A DNA stretch of 64,000 bases from Candidatus Dadabacteria bacterium (GCA_963805855.1 CAWDVW010000005.1:640001-704000), one strand, 5' to 3'. Counted from the first letter of the stretch, positions 38,001 through 47,856 are shown. Made by a program: numbers and translations. The notes: generated by a model not told the origin, from the sequence alone.

Positions 38001-39929
38001 CAATTCATTGGGCGTTAGGCAATTCTTAAGTTGCGCACCCGAAGGGTTGGTATTGATGCCGAGAACCGTGCCAAAATCCCTGAATACCTGATCGCCTGCG
38101 CCCGGCAAAACGGTCAGCGGTTCTACCTCTCCGACCAGAACACCCTCGGGGTTGACATGCTTAATTATTCCGGTCGTATGCGTGCCCCCAGCAAGGGCCA
38201 TTGCATTCAATGTCCTCGCTGCCGAAAGACCCTTGACTCCCAGTCCGATCACAAATGTAAGCACCTCCTTCTTTATAGGACCATCGCAATTATCGTTATT
38301 TGTCACGGGATGCCTGGCGTAATACGTCCTGAGGTTGCTCGTAGCCTGTATAGAGCTCCTCATGTTCGAAAATCCGGTCACGAGAAGTGGAACACCTGCA
38401 TTAGTGGAGCATGTTTCTGAGGTACCTTGCAGTGCACAATCCCCTGAGCAGTTGTCGAGACCGCCGGTGACCACGATCAGAAACTCAGCCCGGCACTGGC
38501 AGGCGGGATCGGTTTTAAGCTCAACCCTGAATGAGTCAAGAACATCCTGGCCTATTGTGCTGTTCGCGCTGTTGTCATCGTCAAAGCCTATCGCATTTGC
38601 AAGTGGCGAACGCCCTCCCGCATGCCTGTCGCGGAAGAACTTCCATATATTAGAAAAGCTCTGTATGCTTCCACCCGCAAAACCCCCCTGTGGCTGGTCG
38701 ATAACATTATCGGTACAACTACCACTTCCGGATAGTGCCCCCGGAGGGGAGGCGTTTTTTCGTAAACCGGCAAATGTCATAGGGCGGATCCTGACGTTGA
38801 ATTCACTCGCGTCCAATGCGGTCAGCTCATTGATAAGCGGAGTGTCCGCACCATTCGTTATTGGAAGTACGGTCGTTCCAAGCTTATTAAAATCGGTCAC
38901 TATACCACTCACATCCCTGAAGGGTGTGTTCATAAACTGATCGCAACAAACCACTCCGGGTGTTGGACTAGCAGGATCGATCCCACAACTGTTATCGTCA
39001 AATGATCCAGTGAAGAGCCCCTGCGGGTCATCACACATCCGGCTTGCCAGTGAATCATCTGCGTCCAGGATATGAAAGAATGTGTTTACAACGGCGTCCC
39101 AGCGGGTGGTGCCATATTTGGGTTTTGTACAATTGGGACCACTCGTACATGAATTGGATGACTTAAGAGTAGTATTCATACAGGACTTGAAATTACCGAA
39201 TGCAGTCGCGTCATTGCACGATTTATTGGCAACGCCAGCACAATTTACGGCGCCACATGTTAGAGGCTTTGTGGGATCACCCAGATTCGCCTGATTAACC
39301 GTAATATTTTCTATTGCGGACGCAGCCTCGGCACGCTTTGGATCGTTATTGCATGCCACACGAAGGTCGGTCAAAGGAGGAAAACCCGTGCATATATTAT
39401 TCAACACATGGGTATACGCGGGGTTAACAATTGTGGCCGGATCGTATGCGTAGGTACTCTCAATACAGATTAAGAACCGATCAAAGTTCTCAGGCGTCTG
39501 GCACGTGCCCGTCTGAGATGCCGAGCAGGCAAAACTGCCGCAGGGATTTATTCCCGATGCGTTGCCGGCGCAATGCGCCAAAGCGTAGTTGGCGTTTGCC
39601 CCCGTAGCGTCCTTTAAGCTCTGAAACGAATCACAAGTGCCTAGAATACTGGTTTGAGCATTATTGGTAAAAATCACAGCGTCAGCATCCCAGTTGCCAA
39701 CCTGAGAGCCCCCGAAATTATCACCCATCGAAAGTGAACCATCGAAGAGCAGGAGAACATTCGGCTGACCACCTATGATCTGTGAGATAAGGATGTTAAG
39801 GTCCTCGACCTGGTTCTCAATAATGTCATCGCCCCTGGCGCCGGTTACAAAAACCAGAAGGGAAAACACCAGCAAGATCTTAATCTTATAAATTTTTCTC
39901 TTAAGATTGCGAAAAGTATTAAGCGTCAA
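35043..39929 (-). CDS. pilY1: PilY1/PilC-type pilus tip adhesin
   Basis: Signal peptide, vWA-like DGSLS, LGDIFHSAP, VYVGANDGFMHAF, GNTWSEP, Ca-binding DLNADGYMD...YAGD..GRLWRFD. Confidence 0.9.
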   Translation of the reverse strand: MTLNTFRNLKRKIYKIKILLVFSLLVFVTGARGDDIIENQVEDLNILISQIIGGQPNVLLLFDGSLSMGDNFGGSQVGNWDADAVIFTNNAQTSILGTCDSFQSLKDATGANANYALAHCAGNASGINPCGSFACSASQTGTCQTPENFDRFLICIESTYAYDPATIVNPAYTHVLNNICTGFPPLTDLRVACNNDPKRAEAASAIENITVNQANLGDPTKPLTCGAVNCAGVANKSCNDATAFGNFKSCMNTTLKSSNSCTSGPNCTKPKYGTTRWDAVVNTFFHILDADDSLASRMCDDPQGLFTGSFDDNSCGIDPASPTPGVVCCDQFMNTPFRDVSGIVTDFNKLGTTVLPITNGADTPLINELTALDASEFNVRIRPMTFAGLRKNASPPGALSGSGSCTDNVIDQPQGGFAGGSIQSFSNIWKFFRDRHAGGRSPLANAIGFDDDNSANSTIGQDVLDSFRVELKTDPACQCRAEFLIVVTGGLDNCSGDCALQGTSETCSTNAGVPLLVTGFSNMRSSIQATSNLRTYYARHPVTNNDNCDGPIKKEVLTFVIGLGVKGLSAARTLNAMALAGGTHTTGIIKHVNPEGVLVGEVEPLTVLPGAGDQVFRDFGTVLGINTNPSGAQLKNCLTPNELTGECTFQTNPIFNNTFFQTAGPLDSTVLGESFAFFVDDPSELIEALDAIFEFIGNFPTSGVAPTAPTSSASVAVSDRILLANLTPNPPARLWQGRLALFGFVDEPGNPGSKVVIRKPDPGADLTDAAVVDAHRIFSNRGILNANARQFFWDSGKLLTERDISSDPRHLYTVIRTDPTTIDEEIDLATSEVLRLRYEGDKADFNLLNTDLDLAQFGISDADVTDPIPTFCAADPPDGYTDCSGDCPVDLITGNLQQPVLQPCLDCVENCIRDKTIDFMTGNTKIFPLGDPLGSPTTGGFAADTMGYSCPDLADGNTANDDYSHCQVKLGDIFHSAPVLVGTPSPLFFDIGFQAFASQFRDRSAAVYVGANDGFMHAFHGGELVTIPLGGTVTNPFNLEEESIPFFNPGTGVELFGIAPPSFLPDSISDNGPESPSDITPPDYRFGDFKTFVAEKKEQRSFMDGSALVADIFVDGYSNGIDDPICTGASSALDGVIDSCGSEWHTLYISGYRNGGGAYTALDVTNVECAGGVNTDCSNIGKHLTNGPDYPTHLWTLFDHDFGNTWSEPTVGRVRMKEQGSNVIVDRWLMFVGGGMDPLDTDPTDGVNFGDAFYAIDIPTGKIVFKFNPDDPIPSTLADPDLAEMECDMSARVGVFDLNADGYMDVAYAGDTCGRLWRFDISLPIVADDLSQTGLRGDADISAPDWTGDIAFCATADITQCLDPSTLIPDPITFISPRTPIFFAPTAVFDDLGQVHIIFLTGNRRNPTSTLQFGKLYNFIDTFIPAFLAGGSAVPAATKTEADFNAGQIIDIVPLGGVTDQFTTEGGSTVNNQGEFIVRFPDNIDTSVDPSVESPMGEKGFGTPVVIERVLLFTTFAPDPETENVCAAGAGEGRLFALDYLSGEPALARVPGAASLLGGDADQQAATVGKTVAFGMPTPAQLTFGARGSVIMTVAFSGSAAAGGANFLVLELPQLATRTQTHFWEELL

Positions 39930-39969
39930 TCAATCCTCCTTTAGAGAAGCCTTCCTTAAACATATCGTT

Positions 39970-40596
39970 CTACTGCCCCGAATATACATTAGTGGCGCCT
40001 CCCGGAACAAAGGTTTCAAACCCCACCGCTATCTCAACACCCGTATTTATATCCGGATTGGTATCCTTCTTATCCCTGTCCATTGCGTCCTTCCCGGTCA
40101 CCAGAAAACTCGCCGGCACTGCGGATGCCCCTCCCACGCCTCCCGAAGGGAGGCTCACGTGTTTTAACGGCCTCCCCATCTGTTTTGTAGGCTCCGGCAA
40201 TTCTACAATCGGACCCGGGGGATCGGTGGGATCAGTACGTTCAAAGTTCCGAGAACCCGTCCTGCAGTATGCTTCTCCATTGGTCGGTGTTTGAGGCATT
40301 TCCAGCCCATTTTGCGGAGCACCTATTAGAATCTGATAGAACAATACCTCTATTCCCGTGGTTTCGAATACCTTTCTTGCTTCCTGCACGCACTGTTCAG
40401 CAGCAAGGAAAGCCTCCTGACCCTGCTTGTAATTTGACATTGTCTGAAAATCAATGTTCGACATGAATGAAATTGTTATTGCGAGGGTGGACATGATTAG
40501 GATCATTATCAAGGCTATTACAACCGCTATCCCGCTCTCACTCTTTTTATGATCTATGGTGATTTTACAACTGCTCATTTCTTGCCCAGATGCCAT
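39970..40596 (-). CDS. pilX: PilX-like minor pilin
   Basis: G|IAVVIAL lacking Glu5, AFLAAE motif, located next to pilY1. Confidence 0.85.
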   Translation of the reverse strand: MASGQEMSSCKITIDHKKSESGIAVVIALIMILIMSTLAITISFMSNIDFQTMSNYKQGQEAFLAAEQCVQEARKVFETTGIEVLFYQILIGAPQNGLEMPQTPTNGEAYCRTGSRNFERTDPTDPPGPIVELPEPTKQMGRPLKHVSLPSGGVGGASAVPASFLVTGKDAMDRDKKDTNPDINTGVEIAVGFETFVPGGATNVYSGQ

Positions 40597-40614
40597 ACTT
40601 ATACCTCCTCTAAT

Positions 40615-41937
40615 TTATCCAAATTCCTCCCTCGCCAGATTTCTGACATAGACTGTGGTCGAAAATACCCTGTATATAAAACCCTCCACAGGATCCGCTA
40701 AGTTATCTGACAACTCCTTCTGAAAAACATCGCCTATCGCAGGGATGTTTTGTCCGAAAAAACCACCGGAGATCTTACGGGGCCTCGTTTGTGAACGGAC
40801 AACCAGATAGACCTCCACAGATCTTATATCGTTCACACCGCCGTATCTACCGTTATTCACAGGATCTGCGGCAATTGCAGCCTCGAGCTCATCAAAGTTT
40901 GCAAACTTCCTGTTGGCAATAGCAGAGGGGACTCCCACCTTTGTTATAACCCCGTCTGTTCCCTGAATATTAAAAATGAATTGCAGGTCAACAATGCCGG
41001 GGGCATCCGGCCCTCCTACTATAGGCTGAAATTGATCTGGGTCGCCCATATCATCAAGCGTCTGAGACATCTCCAGCTCCCTGTCGGTTAGGTCGACCCT
41101 GAAGGACTTTACATCCGCTATTGTTATCTCCGATGCCTGAAGGGCGAGCTTGGGCTTGAAAAAGTTTGTAACAAAGCTAGAGACATCGGTGAAATCGTCT
41201 TCCTGGAAGTTTTGCTCTACAATATCCGAAACGTCATCAATCTCGGCCTGATTCTGGTCGTTAATATCCACCCTTAGAATAACAGAGCACTCTGTACATT
41301 TCTCGGGTTCTGAATTGCAATCCACAATCGGGGCCAGGGGGGGATTGGGATTGGGATAGCAGAGATTGAACCTCGAGCGGGCACCAATTAGGCCCCCGTC
41401 CTGTATGAGCGGCGGATTCCTGTTATTTCCCGACGCATCTTTGAACCATTCCGTGGGCAGGTTTAAGACCAATGGAGGCCCATCGCTGGCTATGCTTACA
41501 ACTCCTGCTACCGACGGCAGAAGGGTACAGGAGGAACCATTTCTAGTTCCTCCGTCGCATATTCTATTTTCACAGTGCCCACCTGGGCAATCATCGTTTC
41601 TCCCCTCGGTTATATCCCATGTGTATACGGTCAAACAGTCAGGAGGTGAATTCTTACCTGTATCAGTTGTATTATCATCGCACTGCGGAGTCACACCGCT
41701 CCCACCATTTTCGAAATCGATTGAGAATGTTTTCCCCTGTCTCGAGCCGGCATTTCTGACTTCTGATGCGATGAAATCAAGGGCTGCCCTGGCGGTGTGA
41801 TCGACATCGACTATATCCTGCGTGAGATTATACTGCCTTTGTTGTTGAACAAGGGCAAGCGTCATGCCCGTTATGATAAGGGAAAAGATTGCAGCAGAAA
41901 CCAGCAGTTCAATGATTGTAAAGCCCTTTGAGTTCAT
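40615..41937 (-). CDS. pilW: PilW-like minor pilin
   Basis: G|FTIIELL, EVRNAG, IVDLQF, IRSVEVYLVVRS, TTVYVRN. Confidence 0.88.
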   Translation of the reverse strand: MNSKGFTIIELLVSAAIFSLIITGMTLALVQQQRQYNLTQDIVDVDHTARAALDFIASEVRNAGSRQGKTFSIDFENGGSGVTPQCDDNTTDTGKNSPPDCLTVYTWDITEGRNDDCPGGHCENRICDGGTRNGSSCTLLPSVAGVVSIASDGPPLVLNLPTEWFKDASGNNRNPPLIQDGGLIGARSRFNLCYPNPNPPLAPIVDCNSEPEKCTECSVILRVDINDQNQAEIDDVSDIVEQNFQEDDFTDVSSFVTNFFKPKLALQASEITIADVKSFRVDLTDRELEMSQTLDDMGDPDQFQPIVGGPDAPGIVDLQFIFNIQGTDGVITKVGVPSAIANRKFANFDELEAAIAADPVNNGRYGGVNDIRSVEVYLVVRSQTRPRKISGGFFGQNIPAIGDVFQKELSDNLADPVEGFIYRVFSTTVYVRNLAREEFG

Positions 41938-41958
41938 TAACGCCTCCGTATTTTTTAG

Positions 41959-42732
41959 TTAAGGAATATGAGGAACACGTACCTGAGTCCATCCCGGGAT
42001 TATTTGCGACCAGTCGTCAATATGGGCACTCATTATATGCGTTTGTGTAGCAACGGAGTTTCTTAGAATAGGCAGGTTGTTATTTGTTGGGTCTATTATA
42101 GTTAAACCCGTTTCGGCAAATTGCCCCGGAGTCTTTACGGCGTATGTAAGCGTTACCGTGATAATCTGAACAAGGGTTGCAGGGTCTTGTTGCTGCGAAG
42201 CCATCACATTCTTGACTATATACATATCAGCATTCGGATCAGTGCAGTTGTTCACATCGGTGTCAAAAACAAGCTTTTCCGGGTCGAAATCGTGCGTCTG
42301 AATCGGAGCGCAGGAGGTCTCGTTAAAGGGGTTAGCGGGGGCAGGGGCGGGATTAGGAATCTGAGCTACAGACAAAACTCTCAGGGTATCACATTGCTGC
42401 CCGGGGCACCCGGTGCAAGGGTCTGCGCACGGTGGATTTGTACAGTCGGAAGGCGGCGTGCCGTCACAATAAGAAAAGTCGGGAACCCTTCCAGCAACGG
42501 TGGATGAATGTGCAATCGTATTGAGCAGATGCAATCTCCTTACTTCTTCCATATCCTTATCGGCTGCAAACTGAATCATATTTGTCGCGATGCTGCCAAA
42601 CTCTGACTTTTGTTTCTGCCTTAACGATAGATACTGCATCTCCGCTACCGCTAAGAAGCCTAAAGCCATTATCGCGACCGCGATCAGTATCTCGGCAAGC
42701 GTAAACCCCTCTTGATTTCTAGTTATTTTCAT
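41959..42732 (-). CDS. pilV: PilV-like minor pilin, Cys-rich
   Basis: MKITRNQEG|FTLAEILIA..I.ALGFL. GGAG RBS supports the ATG at 42732 rather than the TTG at 42759. Confidence 0.85.
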   Translation of the reverse strand: MKITRNQEGFTLAEILIAVAIMALGFLAVAEMQYLSLRQKQKSEFGSIATNMIQFAADKDMEEVRRLHLLNTIAHSSTVAGRVPDFSYCDGTPPSDCTNPPCADPCTGCPGQQCDTLRVLSVAQIPNPAPAPANPFNETSCAPIQTHDFDPEKLVFDTDVNNCTDPNADMYIVKNVMASQQQDPATLVQIITVTLTYAVKTPGQFAETGLTIIDPTNNNLPILRNSVATQTHIMSAHIDDWSQIIPGWTQVRVPHIP

Positions 42733-42764
42733 ATACTCCACCCCGGCGAGTCTATACAAAACAT

Positions 42765-42780
42765 TGCAATATTCATACCA
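42765..42780 (-). promoter_or_regulatory. Sigma-54 (-24/-12) promoter of the minor-pilin operon
   Basis: Minus strand TGGTATGAATATTGCA (GG-N10-GC), 32 nt upstream of the pilV ATG. Confidence 0.7.
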
Positions 42781-42897
42781 CCTAAGATAAAATAGTAACC
42801 TCCTGTAAATTAATAATATTTTACTTCATTCTCATAAGAGAACGGGAAAACATATGCAAAATATTGCACAGACAGTGAAGTTATTTGCGCAACCAAA

Positions 42898-44436
42898 CTA
42901 TTTAGAATCATATCGTGGGAATATGCTCCTGACATCGCCCACGCTGGTCCCCGGGTTGCTTCTACCCCACTCTTTCGCATCCGAAATACGAACCGATTCA
43001 AGTCGCTCCGTATAACCTAATAACCTCCAAATCTCCGTGGCTGAACTGGGCATAAAGGGATACACCAAAATTGCCACTATCCTGATTGACTCAACCAACA
43101 TCCAGAGTATCGTATCCAGCCTTTCCTTTTCGCCGGCCTTTGCAAGTGACCACGGAGAAGATTCGTCAATATATTTATTTACCACTCCAATATAATCCCA
43201 TACTGCCGATAGTGATTTACTGAACGCGATCTCACCCATGCAGTCTTCAACCTCTTTAATGGTCCTCAGTGCATTCTCTCTTATGTTTACATCGGCTTCG
43301 AGGAGTGGGCCCGGGACCGGTATCAAACCGCCGCTGTACTTCTTAATCATTCCGATGGTCCTGCTTACGAGGTTTCCAAGCCCGTTTGCCAGTTCGCCGT
43401 TTATCCGCCCTATGATTGCACTCCTTGAGAAATCCCCATCCTGACCGAATGGAATCTCTCTCAAAAGAAAATACCTGAAAACATCTTGACCGAATTCGTC
43501 AACGATCTTATATGGATCAATAACGTTACCCAGAGACTTTGACATCTTCTCTCCCTCAACTGTCCACCAGCCGTGCGCAAAGACCTGATTGGGAAGCGGA
43601 AGCCCCGCAGACATCAGGAATGCGGGCCAGTACACCCCATGGAAACGAAGAATATCCTTACCCACCAGATGAATATCGGCTGGCCATATCTCCTTCAAAT
43701 CCTCCGGTTTATCAGGAAATCCGGCTGCCGTGAGATAGTTGGTCAATGCATCGAACCACACATAGATTATATGTTTTGAATCTCCGGGCACTGGAATTCC
43801 CCACGAAAAGGTCGTGCGACTCACGCTCAGGTCCTTAAGACCACCTTCCACGAACCGAACGACCTCGTTCCGCCTGTTTTTTGGTTTTATAAATTCAGGG
43901 TGCTTCCTGTAATGCTCAAGGAGTTTCTCTTGATATTTCGATAGACGGAAAAAGTAGCTTTCTTCTTTTATCCTCTCCAAAGGCGGCCGAGTGCTCTCAG
44001 GGAGATTCATATATTCGTCGAGCTGGGTTTCAGTCACAAACGCCTCGTTTCTCACATCATACCAGCCTTCGTATTCACCAAGATATATATCGCCTTTGCC
44101 CTCGATCATGCGAAAAATCTCCTGGACAGCCCTTTTATGCCTATCTTCGGTTGTCCTTATGAAGTCATCATTAGTTATATTGAGCCTTTTCCAGAGATTC
44201 TTGAAACGTAAAACAACCCTGTCGGCGAGCTCAATTGGCTTTATACCGGACGCCTGGGCCGCCCTCTCTATCTTCTGCCCGTGCTCATCGGTACCTGTTA
44301 GGAAAAAAACATCATCACCCCTGAGCCTTCGGAATCTGGCAATTGCATCCGCCGCTATTGTGGTATAAGCATGGCCGATATGTGGAACATCATTCACATA
44401 GTATATCGGGGTTGTGACATAAAAACGCTTTCCCAT
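42898..44436 (-). CDS. metG: Methionyl-tRNA synthetase (short form)
   Basis: YVTTPIYYVN, HIGH, GTDEHG, YVWFDAL, GKDILRFH, KMSKS. Confidence 0.98.
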   Translation of the reverse strand: MGKRFYVTTPIYYVNDVPHIGHAYTTIAADAIARFRRLRGDDVFFLTGTDEHGQKIERAAQASGIKPIELADRVVLRFKNLWKRLNITNDDFIRTTEDRHKRAVQEIFRMIEGKGDIYLGEYEGWYDVRNEAFVTETQLDEYMNLPESTRPPLERIKEESYFFRLSKYQEKLLEHYRKHPEFIKPKNRRNEVVRFVEGGLKDLSVSRTTFSWGIPVPGDSKHIIYVWFDALTNYLTAAGFPDKPEDLKEIWPADIHLVGKDILRFHGVYWPAFLMSAGLPLPNQVFAHGWWTVEGEKMSKSLGNVIDPYKIVDEFGQDVFRYFLLREIPFGQDGDFSRSAIIGRINGELANGLGNLVSRTIGMIKKYSGGLIPVPGPLLEADVNIRENALRTIKEVEDCMGEIAFSKSLSAVWDYIGVVNKYIDESSPWSLAKAGEKERLDTILWMLVESIRIVAILVYPFMPSSATEIWRLLGYTERLESVRISDAKEWGRSNPGTSVGDVRSIFPRYDSK

Positions 44437-44559
44437 TACGAAGAGATCCTTAAATTTTGCTTTTTCGTGATAAGCGATATGAAAATTCCGGGGTCATTTT
44501 TGCACGAGTTAGATAATTAGTAGACAGAATCTTTAATCGTGCTTTTTTCATATAGCCTA

Positions 44560-44752
44560 CTCTTCTTTCTGACTTCTTTGTCTTGATACAAAGAAGCAAA
44601 AATCAAGGCTGTCCAAAAATTTGCTAAAAATCATAAACTCCGACTAAAAAATTTAATTCGACCACAACCCGCAAATTTTTCTATACGTCTTCGTTTCTGA
44701 TTTTCTTAACGCAATTTTTGGAAGGCCGTTCAAATCCTTTTCACCCAAAAAA
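44560..44752. repeat. Structured intergenic element (pseudoknot-capable hairpin plus long hairpin)
   Basis: Stem 44573-44581/44588-44596. Loop cttgat is complementary to atcaag at 44602-44607. Long imperfect hairpin 44607-44727. Inverted second copy at about 48231-48570. Confidence 0.75.
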
Positions 44753-44883
44753 GTAGCGTCATAAATAATTCTACTCATCAAATAGTAAGATTTTTGCCCT
44801 CGGAATGTTTGACTCCTACCTTAACGACGAATTTTTTCAACGTTAAACACCACCTAGACTCACTAACAATCCTAGATTTAATT

Positions 44884-45900
44884 TCATTCGCCTACCTTTA
44901 GGACCAAACTTTCAAGGGCTATCTGTTTATTGGCGTTTAAACGAAGAATCGAATTGGACACCTCTTTGACGAAATTCAGCTTTTCCAATATCTTCTCCAA
45001 ACTGTGCCTGCTTGCATACTCTCGCGATACCGCGATTAGATCCTTATTGATAAGCAAATCCTCATCCAGACCGATCTTCACATTTATCAGATCACGAAGC
45101 CATAGCAAAATAAATTCTAGATATATCTTGAGTTGCTCATTGTCGTCATTGGACGAACCCTTAAGAATAGACTCAACAACGCCAAGCACCGAGGAAGCAA
45201 AATCAGTTTCAACCTGTGATAATCTCTGAATCAGCTCGTTCCTATCTGAAAGAATCTTATCATCTAAAGTCAATGCCCTGCCTAAACTCCCTTCGGAAAG
45301 AAAAGCAATCAAGCCTGATTCTTCACCCGAAAGACCCCTCCTGGTCTTAAGCTCTTCCACGATAAACTCAATTGGGATAGGCTCAAATCGTAATGACTGG
45401 CACCTCGAACGGATTGTCGGAAGTAAAGACTGAGGACTTGACGTAAGAAGAATTATGATTGATTCATTCGGCGGTTCTTCGAGTGTCTTCAGGAAAGCGT
45501 TCTGTGCACTGTGGCTCATCCGGTCCGCCTCATCGACGATTGCAACCTTATACCTTCCTTCAAAAGGTTTAAAATAAAGCCTCGCTTCTACATCTTCGCG
45601 TATTTGATCAACTTTAATATCCCTCAAGCCTTTGTACTCGATCACAAAAACATCTGGATGGATCCCTTTATCGATCTTCCTGCAAGAGTTACAATTGCAG
45701 CCTCCCTGGTTTGAATTCACATCTCTAGGAGACACAGGTTTCAAGCAATTCAAAATCTTTGCAAACCCGAGGGCTACGAGCCTTTTTCCCACTCCGTCCA
45801 GACCAAAGAAAAGATATGAATGTGAAACCCTTCCTTCCGCAACGGCGCGCCGTAACAGATTCTTTTGTAAGTCGTGGCCAATTATGTTATTAAAGTGCAT
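44884..45900 (-). CDS. holB: DNA polymerase III delta' subunit
   Basis: HSYLF.G..GVGK, CNCNSC, HPD, AQNAFLKTLEEPP, LLPTIRSRC. Follows tmk. Confidence 0.95.
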   Translation of the reverse strand: MHFNNIIGHDLQKNLLRRAVAEGRVSHSYLFFGLDGVGKRLVALGFAKILNCLKPVSPRDVNSNQGGCNCNSCRKIDKGIHPDVFVIEYKGLRDIKVDQIREDVEARLYFKPFEGRYKVAIVDEADRMSHSAQNAFLKTLEEPPNESIIILLTSSPQSLLPTIRSRCQSLRFEPIPIEFIVEELKTRRGLSGEESGLIAFLSEGSLGRALTLDDKILSDRNELIQRLSQVETDFASSVLGVVESILKGSSNDDNEQLKIYLEFILLWLRDLINVKIGLDEDLLINKDLIAVSREYASRHSLEKILEKLNFVKEVSNSILRLNANKQIALESLVLKVGE

Positions 45901-46059
45901 TTCAATCAATGTTGATCGTGCATAATCTAGCTTACTTATTATGAATCGCGACATTCATTCTAAGATTCTCTCTATGTCGTGGAAGAAAACACCAACTCCT
46001 CAAAATCCTCTCGCTAATGCCAATTGAACAACCATTGCCCCGGCCATCGAACCTTACAT

Positions 46060-46677
46060 TTATTTTGAATTTAAATGTGAAAGAACCAGGCTGCGTATCT
46101 CGTCCTGCAAAACACTCAGATCCTTCGCGGCATTTAATATTCTTATCCTGGCCGGTTCGTCTTTTGCTATAAGCATGTAGCCCTGTCTTACACGCTCATG
46201 AAAATCAAGGGGCTCATCATCCATTTTAGTTCTGTCGTCCCTCTGGTCTAACCTGGACAACCCTTTCTTAACAGGGATATTTAGGAGTAATGTAAGTTTG
46301 GGGTGTACTTCCAGTGCGGATGCCTTTGCGAGCCTCTTTACGAGCGTGAGGTCAAGCCGGCGCGCGTATCCCTGATAGACAATAGTAGAATCATAGAACC
46401 GATCACAAATTACTATTTCACCGTCCTTGAGTTTGGGAAGAATAAAGTCTTTAACATGCTGGGCCCTGTCCGCACAAAAAAGACATAGTTCTGCGATTGG
46501 TTCTAATTCCAGCTCTCTCTCTTCCAATATCATCCTTCTGATTAGTTTTCCCAAAGCACCCCATCCCGGCTCTCTGGTCAGTGTTACCGTATATCCCTTA
46601 AGCTCAAGAAATTCCTTTAGAAGCTTAGCCTGTGTACTCTTTCCACTACCCTCGATACCCTCAAATGTTATAAACAT
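46060..46677 (-). CDS. tmk: Thymidylate kinase
   Basis: MFITFEGIEGSGKSTQ, TREPG, DRAQH, CDRFYDST..YQG. Confidence 0.97.
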   Translation of the reverse strand: MFITFEGIEGSGKSTQAKLLKEFLELKGYTVTLTREPGWGALGKLIRRMILEERELELEPIAELCLFCADRAQHVKDFILPKLKDGEIVICDRFYDSTIVYQGYARRLDLTLVKRLAKASALEVHPKLTLLLNIPVKKGLSRLDQRDDRTKMDDEPLDFHERVRQGYMLIAKDEPARIRILNAAKDLSVLQDEIRSLVLSHLNSK

Positions 46678-47041
46678 ATTGGGCCCCTCAAAACGATTAT
46701 AGTTAAGTTCCAAATTCTTTGGCTTTCGCAAAAGAGTTAATTAAGAGTATTTATAACTTATTAACAAGATTCAGGAATCCTACCATAAGATTGGGAAAGT
46801 TGTAAAATCTGTTTAACAGATCAATGCATAACCCGAAAAATACCCCCCAGGGTCATGACCCTTTCTCGTTAACATATAACTAGAAACTTACAGGCGCGCT
46901 CTGAATTATTTCAAAGATGCTGCTGTCCTATTACCGATATTCACTGAAACTTTAACGGTATAAACCTAAATGTCCGAGTACAGTTATTTTCACAAGTCCT
47001 AAACGCACTGTTATAGCTGAAAAATTTATCTGGCAAAAAAA

Positions 47042-47728
47042 CTATCTTCTGCACTGTTCTACGAAGGCCCTGAAAATTCTTTTCGAAATTTCACTTGATT
47101 CTAACTCGGGGTGCCACTGGATTCCCACTACAAATGATTCGACGGATTCCACGCCCTCAATAACGTCATCTGGAGATTTGGCACAGACCCTTAGTCCACT
47201 TCCCAACACCTTTACGGACTGATGATGATAACTCCTGGTAGTGAAGGATTCATTACTCGTCATTGCCCTAAGTCGCGTGCCTTCGAGCAGATGTATCTCA
47301 TGTTCCGACCCGTCTTCGTGACAGATTGCGCTGGCTAATTGCGAACCTATGTCCTGATATAGCGATCCTCCAAAGAAAACATTTATGAGCTGCATCCCCC
47401 CGCAAATGCCCAAAACCGGAAGCTCATTTTTTATGGCGTTTTTCAGCGCTGTAATTTCCGATTCGGTTCTCTCAAGACTCATCGGCCTCAGTTTGGGATG
47501 CGGCTCCTCATTGTAAAACTTGGGATCCATATCCCTTGAACCAGGGAGTAAGAGACCATCAATCTCTAAGAGCACCTCTTCAAATAAACCCATTTTTTCA
47601 GGGATAGAAGGAAGAAGAACAGGAAGTCCTCCAGCATCCGCTACAGCGAAAGCATACTTGCTCTCTATTTGGAAATTCCCATCTTTTATATCTGTGGTTA
47701 TGCCTATAAGCGGTTTGGATTTATTCAT
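47042..47728 (-). CDS. Class I glutamine amidotransferase, peptidase C26 (PuuD-like)
   Basis: PLIGIT, DGLLLPG, LGICGGMQ, SYHHQ, GIQWHPE. Confidence 0.9.
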   Translation of the reverse strand: MNKSKPLIGITTDIKDGNFQIESKYAFAVADAGGLPVLLPSIPEKMGLFEEVLLEIDGLLLPGSRDMDPKFYNEEPHPKLRPMSLERTESEITALKNAIKNELPVLGICGGMQLINVFFGGSLYQDIGSQLASAICHEDGSEHEIHLLEGTRLRAMTSNESFTTRSYHHQSVKVLGSGLRVCAKSPDDVIEGVESVESFVVGIQWHPELESSEISKRIFRAFVEQCRR

Positions 47729-47856
47729 TAGACTAAATTTAACAAAAATCCCAGCTTTAAGCTAACTTCACCATGATCACATGCCACTCGATTCTTTTGG
47801 AAATGTTACAGAATCGCTCAAAACAATATTTATGGTAGTATTTTCCTGGATTAAAA

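Noticed and set aside
42898-44436. MetRS lacking zinc-knuckle cysteines and the C-terminal tRNA-binding domain
   Set aside because: This is a known short MetRS subtype.
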